Origin: Negaprion brevirostris
Lineage: Eukaryota
Assembly: GCA_030324005.1 (NCBI GenBank)
Contig: JARDVH010000073.1
Coordinates: forward strand, 93,460,376-93,524,375
Length of the DNA: 64,000 nt
Reading direction: 5' to 3'
A model generated the notes under the pieces. It was given only the letters and a program-made list of their open reading frames with translations, had not been told where the DNA came from and searched no databases. Positions 24,480 to 36,319 of this stretch are shown piece after piece. A program made the position numbers and the translations under genes. Positions within the stretch are counted from its first letter, which is position 1, and the number at the start of each line of letters is the position of its first letter.

Positions 24480-25640
24480 GTTCATGGAATGAGAGAGTCG
24501 CTGGCTGGACCAGCATCCATTGCCTATTCGTAGTTGCCCTTGAGAAATTGATGGCAAGTTCTCTCCCTGCAGTTCCTGTAGTGTGCTATTGGAAAGGAAA
24601 TTGGGAAGGAGTTTGACCCAGCGACAGTAAAGGAACGACAATATATTTCCAAGAAAGAATGACTTGGACGGGTTCCGCCAAGAAGTGGTGTCCCCAGCTA
24701 TCCCCTGTCCTTTTGCTTCTAATTGATAGGGGCTGTGGGTTGAGAAAATGCTGCCTATGGAGCCTTGTTGAGTTCCTGTAGTGCATTTTGTTGGTGGTAC
24801 ACAGGGCTGCCACTGTGCGTTAGTGGTGAAGGGAGTAATTGTTTATGGATGGGGCACCACAGTTCCAGTATAGTAGCTACGGCCTTTAAGAGTTCGCCAA
24901 CTCAGTCTGTCATGGTGCTACCAAGTCACTCTTGATGATGCATATTGAAGTCTGCCACTCAGAGTACATTGTGGGCCCTTGCCACACCCAGTGTTTCTTC
25001 CAATTGGTGTTCAACATGGAGAAGTATTGATGAATCACCTGAGGCAATGGGTTAGGGCTCAGGGCAGTATATGGTAATCAGCACAAGGTTTCCTTGCCCA
25101 TGCTTGACCTGAAACCATGAGAATTCATGGAGTTCTGGATTGAACCAGGGCAACTATCCTGACTGTATAATGCTATGCCACCACCTCTGCTGGTCAGTGT
25201 CACAGGACATACCAGGAATGGTGATGGTGGTGTCTGGGTCTGATTCTGCGACTATGTCAGGCTGTTAGTTCATTGGTCTGTTGGACAGCTCTCCCAATTT
25301 TGGCATAAGTCCACAGATGTCAGTAAGGGGGACTTTGCAGGGTCAACAAGAGATTGTCATTTTCAGTGTCTAGGTTGATGCTGGGTGGCCTGTCCAGTTT
25401 CCTTCTCATTGACTTTTTAGTGGTTTGATACAAGTGATTGGCTCGCTAGGCCATTTTAGAGGGTAGTTAAGAGTCAACCATATAGACCTAACCAGGTGGG
25501 GATGTCAGATTTCCTTCCCTAAAGGACATTAGTGAACGCAATGGGTGTTTACAAGAATGGTTACGTGGTCATCATTAAACTTTTCATTCCAGTTTTCTGC
25601 TAGGTTAAATTCAAATTCCACCATTTGCTGTGTTGGGATG
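24480..25640 (-). mobile_element. Internally deleted CR1/L2-group LINE: family A SINE body, AP endonuclease region, ORF C-terminus and tail; RT absent
   Basis: Minus strand gives ICGLMPKLGELS..QPDIV, SWFQVKHGQGNLVLITIY, VADFNMHHQE (APE motifs), then SLHH*RTVAALCTTNKMH; both termini match family A SINE. Confidence 0.85.
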
Positions 25641-25659
25641 AATTAAATTAATTTTTTTT

Positions 25660-25868
25660 TTAAATTTGGAATTCTAGTCTCAGTAATGCTATTCATAAAA
25701 CTATCAATCATTGCAAAAACCCATCTGGTTCACCAATGTCCTTTCAGGAAGGAAATCTGCCATCTTTACCTTATCTGGTCTACATTGACTCCAGACACTC
25801 AGACACTTAACTGCTCCTAAGGACAATGAGGGATGGCTAGCAACACCCACATCCCATGAACAAATAAA
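25660..25868 (+). mobile_element. Family A SINE, headless
   Basis: AAAAACCCATCTGGTTCACCAATGTCCTTTCAGGAAGGAAATCTGCC; tail CCCACATCCCATGAACAAAT. Confidence 0.85.
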
Positions 25869-25934
25869 CAGAAACTTACAGTGTGGCAATATTAACAGTG
25901 CTGATCTTCAGAGGAGGGTGGCATGTTTAGTTCA

Positions 25935-26165
25935 GCTGGCACAGCCAAATGTGGAGTTTGCACATTCTCCCAGTGCTTACGTGGGTTTCGACCCACAGTC
26001 CAAAGGTGTGTGGGTTAGGTTGATTGCTCATGCTATATTGATCCTAGTGTCAGGGGGATTAGCAGAGTAAATAAATGGGATAACAGAAATAGGACCTGGG
26101 TGGGATTGTGGTTGGTGTGGACTCAGTGGGACAAATGGCCTCCTTCTGCACTGTTGGGATTCTAT
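25935..26165 (+). mobile_element. HE1-type V-SINE, 5'-deleted
   Basis: V-domain and CR1-type tail AATGGCCTCCTTCTGCACTG. Confidence 0.88.
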
Positions 26166-26794
26166 AATTAATGCCAATAGGGGAAGGATGTTGGCAGGGT
26201 CGGGGGGGGTGGCTTGATCTCTGCCCACCTTGGGTCCTGCCTTCTTGCCCCACCCAGAGTAAAGCAAGTCATGGCACTTAAATGTTGTTTTACAAATAAT
26301 TGTTGAGGAGCTACTATCGGACAGAGACCTGAACACAAAGATGATCCAAGGAGAAAAGTTTGAAGAACACTTCTTTAGGGATTTCAGCCACTGACCCAGT
26401 GTTATTGTTAGGCACATTTAGACTCGGTTCAATTGTGGATATTCCCTTTTAACTCAATTACACAGGGACAAACAAGGTCCAAACACCNNNNNNNNNNNNN
26501 NNNNNNNNNNNNNNNNNNNNNNNNNNNNNNNNNNNNNNNNNNNNNNNNNNNNNNNNNNNNNNNNNNNNNNNNNNNNNNNNNNNNNNNNNNNNNNNNNNNN
26601 NNNNNNNNNNNNNNNNNNNNNNNNNNNNNNNNNNNNNNNNNNNNNNNNNNNNNNNNNNNNNNNTTCTTGATTAAAGCCCATTTCAGTTGGCAGCCTGATG
26701 ATAAGTTTGGCGCTATCTGTCTTCAGATGGTGACTGCAGTTCACGACGTAGTCTGAAACTCTTGATTGCATTAAATTTAAAGCAAAATACTTTA

Positions 26795-26897
26795 AAACAA
26801 AAAACAGAACATGCTGGAAAATCTCAGCAAGTCTGACAGCATCTGTGGAGAGAGAATAGAGCCAACGTTTCGAGTCTAGATGACCCTTCGTCTAGAT
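26795..26897 (-). mobile_element. Penelope-derived single arm with hammerhead-like core
   Basis: Minus strand GACGA-A-GGGTC-ATCTA-GACTC-GAAACGTT; same family as 14175-14400. Confidence 0.8.
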
Positions 26898-26899
26898 TG

Positions 26900-27700
26900 G
26901 GTCTCAAAACACATTCCCACCTACTTTTATTCATCTCAGGGGTGAAAACAACAACAATAAGTGATAGAACATTCTGTAAGCACAGTTTAGCTAGCCAGAA
27001 CCCTTTTGCCTGGTAAATTAACAGACAAACAATCGGATGCAAAAAAAACAATTAAGTGAAATCTCGGTTTAATCTCGATGTGATCATCCAGTCTTTCCCA
27101 CTCCAATCATAGCCTTGTGTGTGAGATCTTTCTGCCGGCATTTCTCATTTAATTAAAGCAGACATTGACAGAAGGACATGGATTAGGCCTGTAATGATGC
27201 ATTTACTTAGATTAAACGGAGTCTCCTTTTGGAGTAATAGCTCAAACAAAGAACAAAAGGAAATTGTTATGAAACAGCCTTTTATCCCAGGCAAAGGTCA
27301 CATTGTAAGGTTTTTAATTTTGTCAGCCGCTGTTAATCTGGTCTGCGCTGATGGAACACGAGAAGCACATTTCAAAGCCAGTTATCATAATACAGCCATT
27401 AAACCTGCAAATTAAAATGTCTGATTTTACACAGGTTGCTTAGATTCAAAACCTCTAATTAGCATGTGGTGCGGATTTTTTTTGTGAGGAGAGAGGGGCT
27501 GAGGGAAATGCTAATGACTTGCTGCCAGGTGACCATTACGCTGTGTGTGATAAAAAAGGGAAACCGGTGAACCAAACTGCACACTTTAAAAGATACATTT
27601 TTTTCTGCTCTTTTATTCTCCCTCCCCAAGCACACTAAAAACTGTGTAAGTCCCCCCTAAAACAAAAATAACACAGATGGCAGAGGTGAAAAGGCATTGG
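26900..27700. promoter_or_regulatory. Candidate conserved non-coding element or enhancer
   Basis: Unique sequence dense in TAAT/ATTA, GGATTA, TGACAG and AAAGGTCA motifs; no credible ORF. Confidence 0.45.
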
Positions 27701-28384
27701 ACAGAATCCCAGGCAGGGCTGAAAGACCACGTTCATGGGGAGGGGAAGACAGACCAAGGCATGGGTACACTTAAATAGGTGGGGAGGGAGAAGGACAGGG
27801 CAGCACTTGAGCTGGAGGGGGAAGGGCCAGCATAATAGGGAGAAAAGAGGATGGAGGACAGGTCTGGGGTGAGGGGGAATGGTCAGCCTTGTGGGGAGAA
27901 GAGGATGGAGGACAGGCCTCGGGTGAGCCTTGGTAAGGATGTGTTGTGTTAGGCAACGGGGAGCAGTTTCAGCTTAAGGGAAATAATTTTGGGCAGGGTT
28001 TAACAACAGGCAGTGGATGGAGAAAGGCTGTGTGTTTGGAGGGGAGGGAGGTTCAATGGGGGGAACGAAAACAAAATTGCACCAAGCGAATAGAAAAGGT
28101 AGATAGAGAATGAGTAGGGTGGGGTTGGGAGAAAGGTTGAATCACAATGAAAGTACACAAAGAGCAGCAATTGGTTCAGTACAGCTGACACGATATTTAC
28201 GATGGCATGCACCTTCCATTCTTATTTTAAATTTATTTTTCTAAAAGTTCAAACAAGTCAGTGTGGAAGCTCTAACTGCTGAAATGCATTGTGCTGCTGC
28301 TATTGCCTTTGTTTCCAAAGTCTACAATTCAATGAGAGCACCATTCCACAGATCCCCCATGACTTGGGGATGACTTGCATCCCA

Positions 28385-28720
28385 CCGAGTACTGAGTTAT
28401 ACAGAGCAGAATCGTTTTGTGGCCTCTGCTGAATCAGTCAAACATTGTCCGGAGTTGGGTGAGTGCTACAATTGTATCTCTCAGCCCCTCTCCTAAGACA
28501 GCAAGAAAAAAACTCAGCTGAGATTCCCATTGCCCACTACCATGAAGTACACAAGTGTGGACAGTAGCTGACAGCAAGCTCATCTATGATTACCGAATAA
28601 CCTGCTGGTCAATCTTTAGGTTTACTCAGAAAAAAAAATCAACCAGTTATGAAAAACACTTCCGGTTAACCAGCACCCATGAGATTGTATACCCGCGTGA
28701 GTCAGAACCTCCATGTAAGG
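28385..28720 (+). mobile_element. Ancient SINE-like repeat (family C)
   Basis: Weak colinearity with 35875-36175 and 37540-37720. Confidence 0.4.
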
Positions 28721-29357
28721 AATTCAAAGCATAGAGATGATTGGATGCGTGTTAAGAGGGTCTGGAGATTTTTTATTATATACTGGTAATTTCCTATGCT
28801 GTTGCAGATAGTAAAAAAAAGTGGTAAACTCTTTTACAAGCATAGAAGTGTTATACCATGTAATGCACAAGGTACATAATTCTTTTAATCTGCAACAGAG
28901 GCCTTTTAAGATTGCAGAGTCTAATTATTGTTAAGCAAATAGAGGCACATGTTATTCAGATTTTAGTTGGTGTTTGGCCAGGCAACTTTGCAGATTATAA
29001 TGTGCTTGTCAATTGCAAGTTGCAGGTGAGAAGGGCACATTAGAAGCGTTTGAGTTCTTCAAGGTTACTTTGCATCAATAGCAATGTGATGATGCTCAGT
29101 GTGAAGTTTGTATACCCTGTTGCCATCTTCAACATATTACTAGCATGTGCCCTATGGTGTTGCCCACATCAAGACAGATGAAGTGCTGTATAGTAACATA
29201 ATATATATCATCATTTAATATTTTGATAAAATAGAGCCCTCGACAGCTCACCGCAACAAAGTTCAGATCAGAAAAAAGTTTCTTGGTCAGCCTATTTGAT
29301 AATTGTACAGTGCCCCTTAATTTTAGTTCTGGAGTTTCCAGCCTTCAGTGCTGGGCG

Positions 29358-29630
29358 TTTTTGATTTACTATTGTCACATGTATTGGGATATAGTGAAAA
29401 TTGTTTCTTGTGAGCTATACAGACAAAACAGAGGAGAATCATAGAATCCTTACAGAAGGAGGCCATTCAGCCCATCGAGTCTGTACCGATCACAATCCCT
29501 CCCAGGCCCTATTCCGGTAGCCCCACACATTTACTCTGCAATTCCTCCTGACACTAGTGACAATCCAGCATGACCAATCAACCTACACGGGAATCTTTGG
29601 AAGGAAGAGGGTGCAGAATGTAGTGTTAGT
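29358..29630 (-). mobile_element. Rex1/Babar-type 3' end interrupted by an HE1 3' fragment (29437-29600)
   Basis: TTGATTTACTATTGTCACATGTATTGG matches reverse complement of 11470-11525; resumes GTGCAGAATGTAGTGTT. Confidence 0.78.
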
Positions 29631-30240
29631 GTTTTTTTAAATCCTTCTTTCAGACTGACTTTCGTATATGTAACGGAGCGTGTTTAGAAAGATTAATACG
29701 AACCCATGCCCCACACAATGCATTCTGCTCTATTTTAAGCTGTTTTGTCCCTTTTAAGAGTTATACGCTCTCAGTTAATATTTTGGCTCCCTTCCCTTCT
29801 GACCGATGTCACAAGTCATCCTCCTGACTCAGTGCAGGCAACTAACCAAGTTGAAACTTGTGGAAATCTCACTTCTATCACACAGACATTTCCTCAGCAA
29901 ACCAGCTGGGATCAGGAGCTCACCTGTGAGGCTGTTATTTAACATTGCATGGCCACTGAACTGCTATCGTCATTGGATTTCGTTTCAAAAGGCGGAAATG
30001 GGCACATGTACGCTGCTGTCACCGTTTTTACTGAAGTTGAATCTGTGAAACTGATCAGAAAAACGTAACAGTGCAGCCTAAAGCAATTCTGCTCTGTGTC
30101 AACATATACACAGGGCACACCAAGCAGCCCAAAACCCCCTTTAGTGTGCCCACTCGCTCACCCTGCACACTGCCACCATCCAATTTCATCTTCCATCGCG
30201 AGTAATAAATGTAAATAAAAGAAATTGGCCAGTGCTCTAT

Positions 30241-30298
30241 GGTAAAGGTTAATTACACATTGGTAAAGGTTAATTACACAACGGTAAAGGTTAATTAC
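30241..30298. repeat. 21-bp tandem repeat, about 2.8 copies (core GGTAAAGGTTAATTAC)
   Basis: Identical 16-mer starting at 30241, 30262 and 30283. Confidence 0.97.
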
Positions 30299-30934
30299 GG
30301 TGCTTTTATTTTACGAGTGTGAAATACCCGTAACTGACAGGTGATGAAATCACGCACAATGTCTTTCTGACTGATCTAACCCCAGCAATCAGCTCCTAAT
30401 GATGTCAGTTTGAGTTTGCTGTGTGTCACTTTGTGACTCTCTGCTGTTTGAAACATGGCACCATGCTGGCTTGAGACGAACAAGCCATTACTTGGCCCTG
30501 GATACAATGCAGCGAAGGCGTCGCTTTGTGTGCATGGCACATCATTTTTTGAGTTACGCTGTGGCGAATCGTATACAGTGAACATACCACCCTGAACCAG
30601 ACAACGCAGATATGTGTTGAGAAACGAATCACTTTTATCACGAATGTATTCCCAAGTGGTGAGGGAATGAATTTTAAGTTTCGTCAGACTCCTGGTGTGT
30701 GCTAAATTATTTTACAGGTGTAAAAAAGTGTTATGGCTGATTGTGGCAATGAGATAATCAATAACTGTATCTCCTCATAAAATATTAAAGGATGATTTTG
30801 ATCTTGTGGCAACTGACCCCATATCTATCTGTACAGAGATGTACAATGGGTCATTAATCCACCTGTTATCTTGACACGTAAAAATTAGACCCCTTGAATT
30901 TAAACTCAGGTATTCAAACCATGTGATAGCCCAC

Positions 30935-31131
30935 ATGGCAAGAAGTCTCACAACACCAGGTTAAAGTCAAACAGGTTTATTTGGCAGCAAACACCACTAG
31001 CTTTCTGAGTGCTGCTCCTTCATCAGGAGGTCACCTCACTTGAGGTTGCCTCACCTGACAAAGGAGCAGCTAGTGGTGTTGTGAGTCTTCTTACTATGTT
31101 TACCGCAGTCCAACACCAGCATCTCCACATC
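30935..31131. mobile_element. Penelope-derived inverted terminal-repeat pair with 9-bp flanking duplication
   Basis: AAGAAGTCTCACAACACC versus GGTGTTGTGAGTCTTCTT; ATAGCCCAC at 30926-30934 and 31132-31140. Confidence 0.82.
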
Positions 31132-31639
31132 ATAGCCCACTTTTGGCACGTGTTTAGGCAGAATCTTTAGAATACAATTTGGGGCTATTCTCAAGGCTGA
31201 GCCAACTGAAGATAAGCCAGTAAAAGCATTGTGTTCAACAGATCATTTAAGAGACAGCAGAAGGAGGGAAAAAACATATTTCACTAAGACCGAACTGCTA
31301 ATTATGTTGATGAATACTGGTAGAGTTACAGTGAATTGGTTCTATTGTGTCACTTTTGTGGTGTTAACATGGAGAACCCCTTTTGACTATTTTACTTCCT
31401 ATGAGTTCTGTAACGGCCACAGAAACAACAATATCACTATCATCATACGTTTGGGCAATGGAAAGGCTCTCACTAAAGCAAGACTATTAAAAAGCCTAAC
31501 AAATTCTCCAGTCCACTTAGTTAGTTAGTGAGCTTGTGACCATACAAAAGAGAAAAGCATGATAACTTTGCACCAAGAGATGCTAATGTTGGTGGGCATT
31601 TTCACAAGATTTCTGTCCCTTTTCTCTGACATCATTTTT

Positions 31640-31997
31640 AGAAATATAAGAACATTGAAAACAGAGGCAGGAGTAGACCATTCAGCCCTTTGAGCTTGCT
31701 CTGCCATTCATGTTGATCATGGCTAATCATCAATATCCTGATTCCCGCCTTCCCCCATATCCCTTGAACCCTTTAGCCCCAAGAGCTATATCAAATTTCT
31801 TCTTGAAATCACACAATGTTTTGGCCTCAACTGCTTTCTGTTTTTGCTTTCACATTTACCACTCTCTGGGTGAAGAAATTTCTCCTTACCTCAGTTGTAA
31901 AAGATTTACCCTTTATCCTCAAACTATGACCCCTAGTTCTGGACTCCCCCACCATCGGAAACATTCTTTCTGAATCTACCCTATCTAATCCTGTTTA
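31640..31997 (-). mobile_element. CR1 LINE 3' end
   Basis: GCAGGAGTAGACCATTCAGCCC terminus; antisense match to 62330-62660. Confidence 0.9.
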
Positions 31998-34439
31998 AAT
32001 TGAGAGAGTTTTTTTTCTTCTTCTCCACTTGTTCCTTTTGATTTCCAAGCTCATTCCCAAGCATTCACTGGTCATTCCCATTTATTTACTGTCATTATGT
32101 TGGCATTGCATGAGAAATCCAAAAGGATGGAAACATTTTGAACAATCTTCTCAGAAGAAATTTCTCTCTTTCTATTGTAAAACATGTGCTAACCTGCTTA
32201 CTTTGAACAGGTTAGTGAAGGCATCAAATTAACGTGCAAAGGAACTTAGCATTGATGCATGAATTTTGCAAATATTGTTGAGATCAATTTTCCCCATAAA
32301 GATCCCCATGACCTTTACTTCTGGGAAAGCACCTCAATTTGAGTTTGAAAGCTTTTGCTTTCCCCACCCCACACTTGGCAAAACTTTCATAGTCACCCCA
32401 AGACAGATGCGGCAGTTGGCTCAACTAAGCCTCTTGGAGGATCATGTGGAAACAACCCTATATCGCATCATTCCATGATTCATTGTCCAAGTCGACTGAT
32501 TGACTCTGCAATCAGCACCAGGCCTATGTTAAATGATCAGTGAACACCCAGTCCTAAAATAAGGCAAAACATCTGCTTATATCAGCATTGGTATTATTGC
32601 TACATTCCTAATACAGCGCTACAGGGAATTCTACATACAACAGTACAGTACTGCACCTAAAAGCCACAATAGGTTGGCAGTGTTTAAAGAATGAAGGAAA
32701 CCATTGTTTAGTATGACTTGTTAAAAGGGAGATTTGAAATTAATTCCCCCCTCCCAAACTTAACACAGCGAGAGAAACTCAACCACGCCATAATTTTCTG
32801 CATGTTGTCTTTACCCACTCTGAAACAGACCCCACCTGCACTCATGCACAATTGAATTAAAACTTTACCACACATATAAGCTTCAAAAAAAAACAAGAAA
32901 AGGTTCTGGATAAACTGGGCTCAACTGGTCTTCGAGAGATTTTTTTTAGAAAAAGATTATTTTCCAGCCTATGGATAAAAACAAAGTGTGATTCAATAAA
33001 ATGATTCATTTTATTGGCTGCCAAAATTACAATGTTAGGCTTGTGCTAGTTCTGTTAACGGAATATTTTGATGACAATTCCGCGTCTCACACATGGTGTT
33101 GAAATGCCTGATGTTTGCCATTTATAGAGACAATTGCCGAAAATCTCCATCCTGGTTTGCAGTGCTGCTGAAAGTGAATGGAGTTTTGGCTGGAACACCA
33201 AACTTTGTTTTTACTTGAGGCAGGGCGGGGAAGGTCAAGATTGGAGAATCCCACCCAATATTGTTTTATTTCCTTCTGAGTTACAATGTCCACCATCTGT
33301 TTGAATTTATGGAGCTTGCGGTTTGGAAAGTCCCCTATCCTATTCCTTGCTTGGTACCAGCTGAACATATTTTCCATTACCGTTCAAAAATTTCTGAGGA
33401 CTCGGCCTAGAGGAGCTGGAGCCCTGGCTAATCTTCCACACTCTCTCCTCTAAAAATCTTGCCCAACCTCCTCAGCTAAGCTTGACTGATAAGACAAACC
33501 AGAGACTGAACCATGGTAAGAGAAATGAAGGATGTAATTTAGTGTTGGTGATAGTGGCCTTGCCCACTGTCTGGAGAAGTGGCAGGACCCCCAAGCTTCC
33601 AAAGTTGGGGGAAAGCCTGTCAGACTTAAATCAGGCACTAAACTGGACAGCTCCGGGCCTTCCTTGAGGACTGAGATCCTGCCTCCCATGAGTTTCCAAC
33701 CAATCAGAGAACTGCAGCTTTCCATTGCCCATGCAGCCAATAATGCATCTATCAGACATCTAGAATCGACAGGGGACACAAACCTCATTCAGGTGGGTAT
33801 GGGTGCACTGAGGGTGGGGAGAAATGTGGCTTGCTAGCAGCGATGAAGGGGATTGGAAGAAAGGTCAGGAAGTTTTGGCTTTCAGTGGGTTCCTTCCCTT
33901 TCCTGATGCCAAGTCAGTTGATCAGGCGCTNNNNNNNNNNNNNNNNNNNNNNNNNNNNNNNNNNNNNNNNNNNNNNNNNNNNNNNNNNNNNNNNNNNNNN
34001 NNNNNNNNNNNNNNNNNNNNNNNNNNNNNNCTGATGCCAAGTGAGTTGATCAGGCGCTGTGTGTCTTTGAATGCGAGACCTCCCACTGAAAGCCCACAAG
34101 AAACTCAACAGGTTTCCTATTACTTTAAAGTGGCCAATATGTGACAGAATTTTACATTGAGTTTGAAAGTTATAATTCAACAGAGACCAGAAGCAGGTCA
34201 TTCCAGTGGTGTATTTTCCTGTGACAGAAGTGGGATCTTCCAGTCCTGCTGATGTTTTTAGGGTTTTGTTTGCTCTACGTGCTCCATCATCACATCACGG
34301 ACCAATAGATCTCACCAGTGAAAAAATTCAGTCTCGGGCGTTAAATCTAATGAAAGGAATCTATGAAGTTAAGAGAGAGAAATTGGCTATGGTACATTGA
34401 TTGGAAACTATGGTAAAAGATATGATGGTAGGCAGGTAA

Positions 34440-35640
34440 AAGCCAACATATAAATAATTACTACAGAGGCCTGAGTTTTTCCAAAAAATGACTAAGGGGG
34501 GGATTTTCTGGAATGTTTCCTGCAGATTGAGAGATGGCAAATGTAACCTTATGATTTAAGAAAAGAAAGAGACTGAAAATAGAGAACCACAGACCTGAGA
34601 GCATGAAATCAGTGGTAGGGAAAATGCTAGAATCTATAATTAAGGATATGATAAAAGGACGCTTAGAGAATAATGGCAAGTTTCAATCGAGTCACAAAAG
34701 GGAAATCATGTTTAACAAACATGTAAGTAGCAGAATAGATGAGGGAACTGGTGTATGTGGTATATTTAAATTTTCAGATAGTTTTTGGTAAGATCCCAAG
34801 CAAGAGGTTAGTAAACAAATTTAGAGCACGTGGGATTGCAGGTAATATACTGGCATGGATTGAGAACTGGCTAATAGACAGAAAACAGAGAATAGAAACA
34901 AATAAGTCATTTTCAGATTGGTCGGCAGTGACTAGTGGGGTACAACAGGATCAGTGCTGGGGCACCAGTTATTCGTAATCTATGTCATTGATTCGGATGT
35001 GAGGATTAAATGTGATAGTTCCAAGTTTGTAGATGGTACAAACTGGGTGGAAGTGTGAGTTGTGAGGAGGATGCAAAGATGCTTCAAAGGGATTTGGTGA
35101 GGCTAAGCAAGTGGGCAAAAATTTGGAAAATAAGCTTATCCATGTTGACAGGAAAAACAAGAATACAGAGTTTTGCTTATATGGTGAGAAGCCGCTAAGT
35201 GTTGAACTTTAAAGGGATTTGATGTTTGAGTCACTGAAACTAACATGCTGATACAGCAAGCTATTTGGAAGATATATGGTATGTTGGCCTTTATTTGAAA
35301 GGATATGAATATAGGTGTAAAGATGTCTTTTGACAATTATATAGAGCGTTAATGAGATTGTATCTCAAATATTTTGTACAGATTTGGTCTCCTTACGTAA
35401 GGAAAGATATACTTGAATAGAAGGAGTGCAACAAAGGTTCACTAAATTAATTCCTGCAATGAAGGGACTGAATTATGAGGCACGATTAAGTCTACTGGAT
35501 CTATATTTTCTGATATTTAGAGGAATGAGAGGTGATCTCATTCAAACATACTAACTTCTTACAGGGTTTAACAAGATAGATGCAGGAAGGATGTTTCCCT
35601 TGGCTAGAGAATCGGATGATCTATCCTACTCCTATATTCC
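34440..35640 (+). mobile_element. Degenerate CR1 ORF2 (RT through C-terminus)
   Basis: SVVGKMLESIIKD; VVYLNFQ..GKIPSKRLVNK..GIAGNILAWIENWLIDRKQR; VTSGVQQ. Confidence 0.92.
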
Positions 35641-35874
35641 CACAAGGCAAAGTTTGAGACGTACCACATGTCTGTCTTCAAGTAAACTGCAGACCTCTTT
35701 CTGTCTAGCAGGTAAGTTATGGTAGTTAAACTTGAATCAGGATTTGATTGATTTAATCGGGCACCAATTCACAAATATTTATAAGATCTCCTCTTTGAGG
35801 TTCACTTAGGTCCAGACCCAAGCAGTTAAGCACCTTGCTTGCTTTTAACTGCCTTGTTTCCACTGAACATTTTC

Positions 35875-36175
35875 AGTGAGCCTAAATGGGTAAATACATT
35901 GCTTGTGTAGTGCTGAGCCATGCAGATCAGGAAATTTCCAGATTCATTTACTGCATTGTGCTTAGCTGGTTGCCTCAACTAGACTAACAATCGGAATCCC
36001 ATAGTTGACCGAAGTGTCCCAGGCTAGGGAGCAGGACACAATGGCCAAAGTTCTATTTCCTACCACCCAGCAGTGTTTCCCAAGCTGGAAAGGTCATCTA
36101 TGTGAACGTCACATGAGCATTGATTAGGATGCCACCATCCTGTCTCTCATTCCCCCTACCAGCACTCATTAGGAT
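35875..36175 (+). mobile_element. Ancient SINE-like repeat (family C)
   Basis: Head GCCTAAATGGGTAAATAC..GCTGAGCCATGCAGATCAGGAA resembles TGGCCTAGTGCATTAGATAC..CTAAACCATACAGACCAGGAA at about 46271-46327. Confidence 0.45.
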
Positions 36176-36319
36176 TGTCCTCGAATTTCTTAGAATTAAT
36201 TACTCATTTCCTGATGACTCCTGGAAGAAAAATCCAAGTGACTGTTGCAAGTATATGGACAGCAGCCTTCATAAATGTCTATTTCTAGGGAGGCTTAACT
36301 GAACTTTGTTTTTCAAACT

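Noticed and set aside
33903-34058. Direct repeat CTGATGCCAAGTSAGTTGATCAGGCGCT on both sides of a 100-N gap
   Set aside because: Most likely overlapping contig ends left unmerged by the scaffolder; cannot be called a real duplication
35709-35718. Consensus splice donor CAGGTAAGT
   Set aside because: No convincing upstream exon; isolated donors are expected by chance in 64 kb
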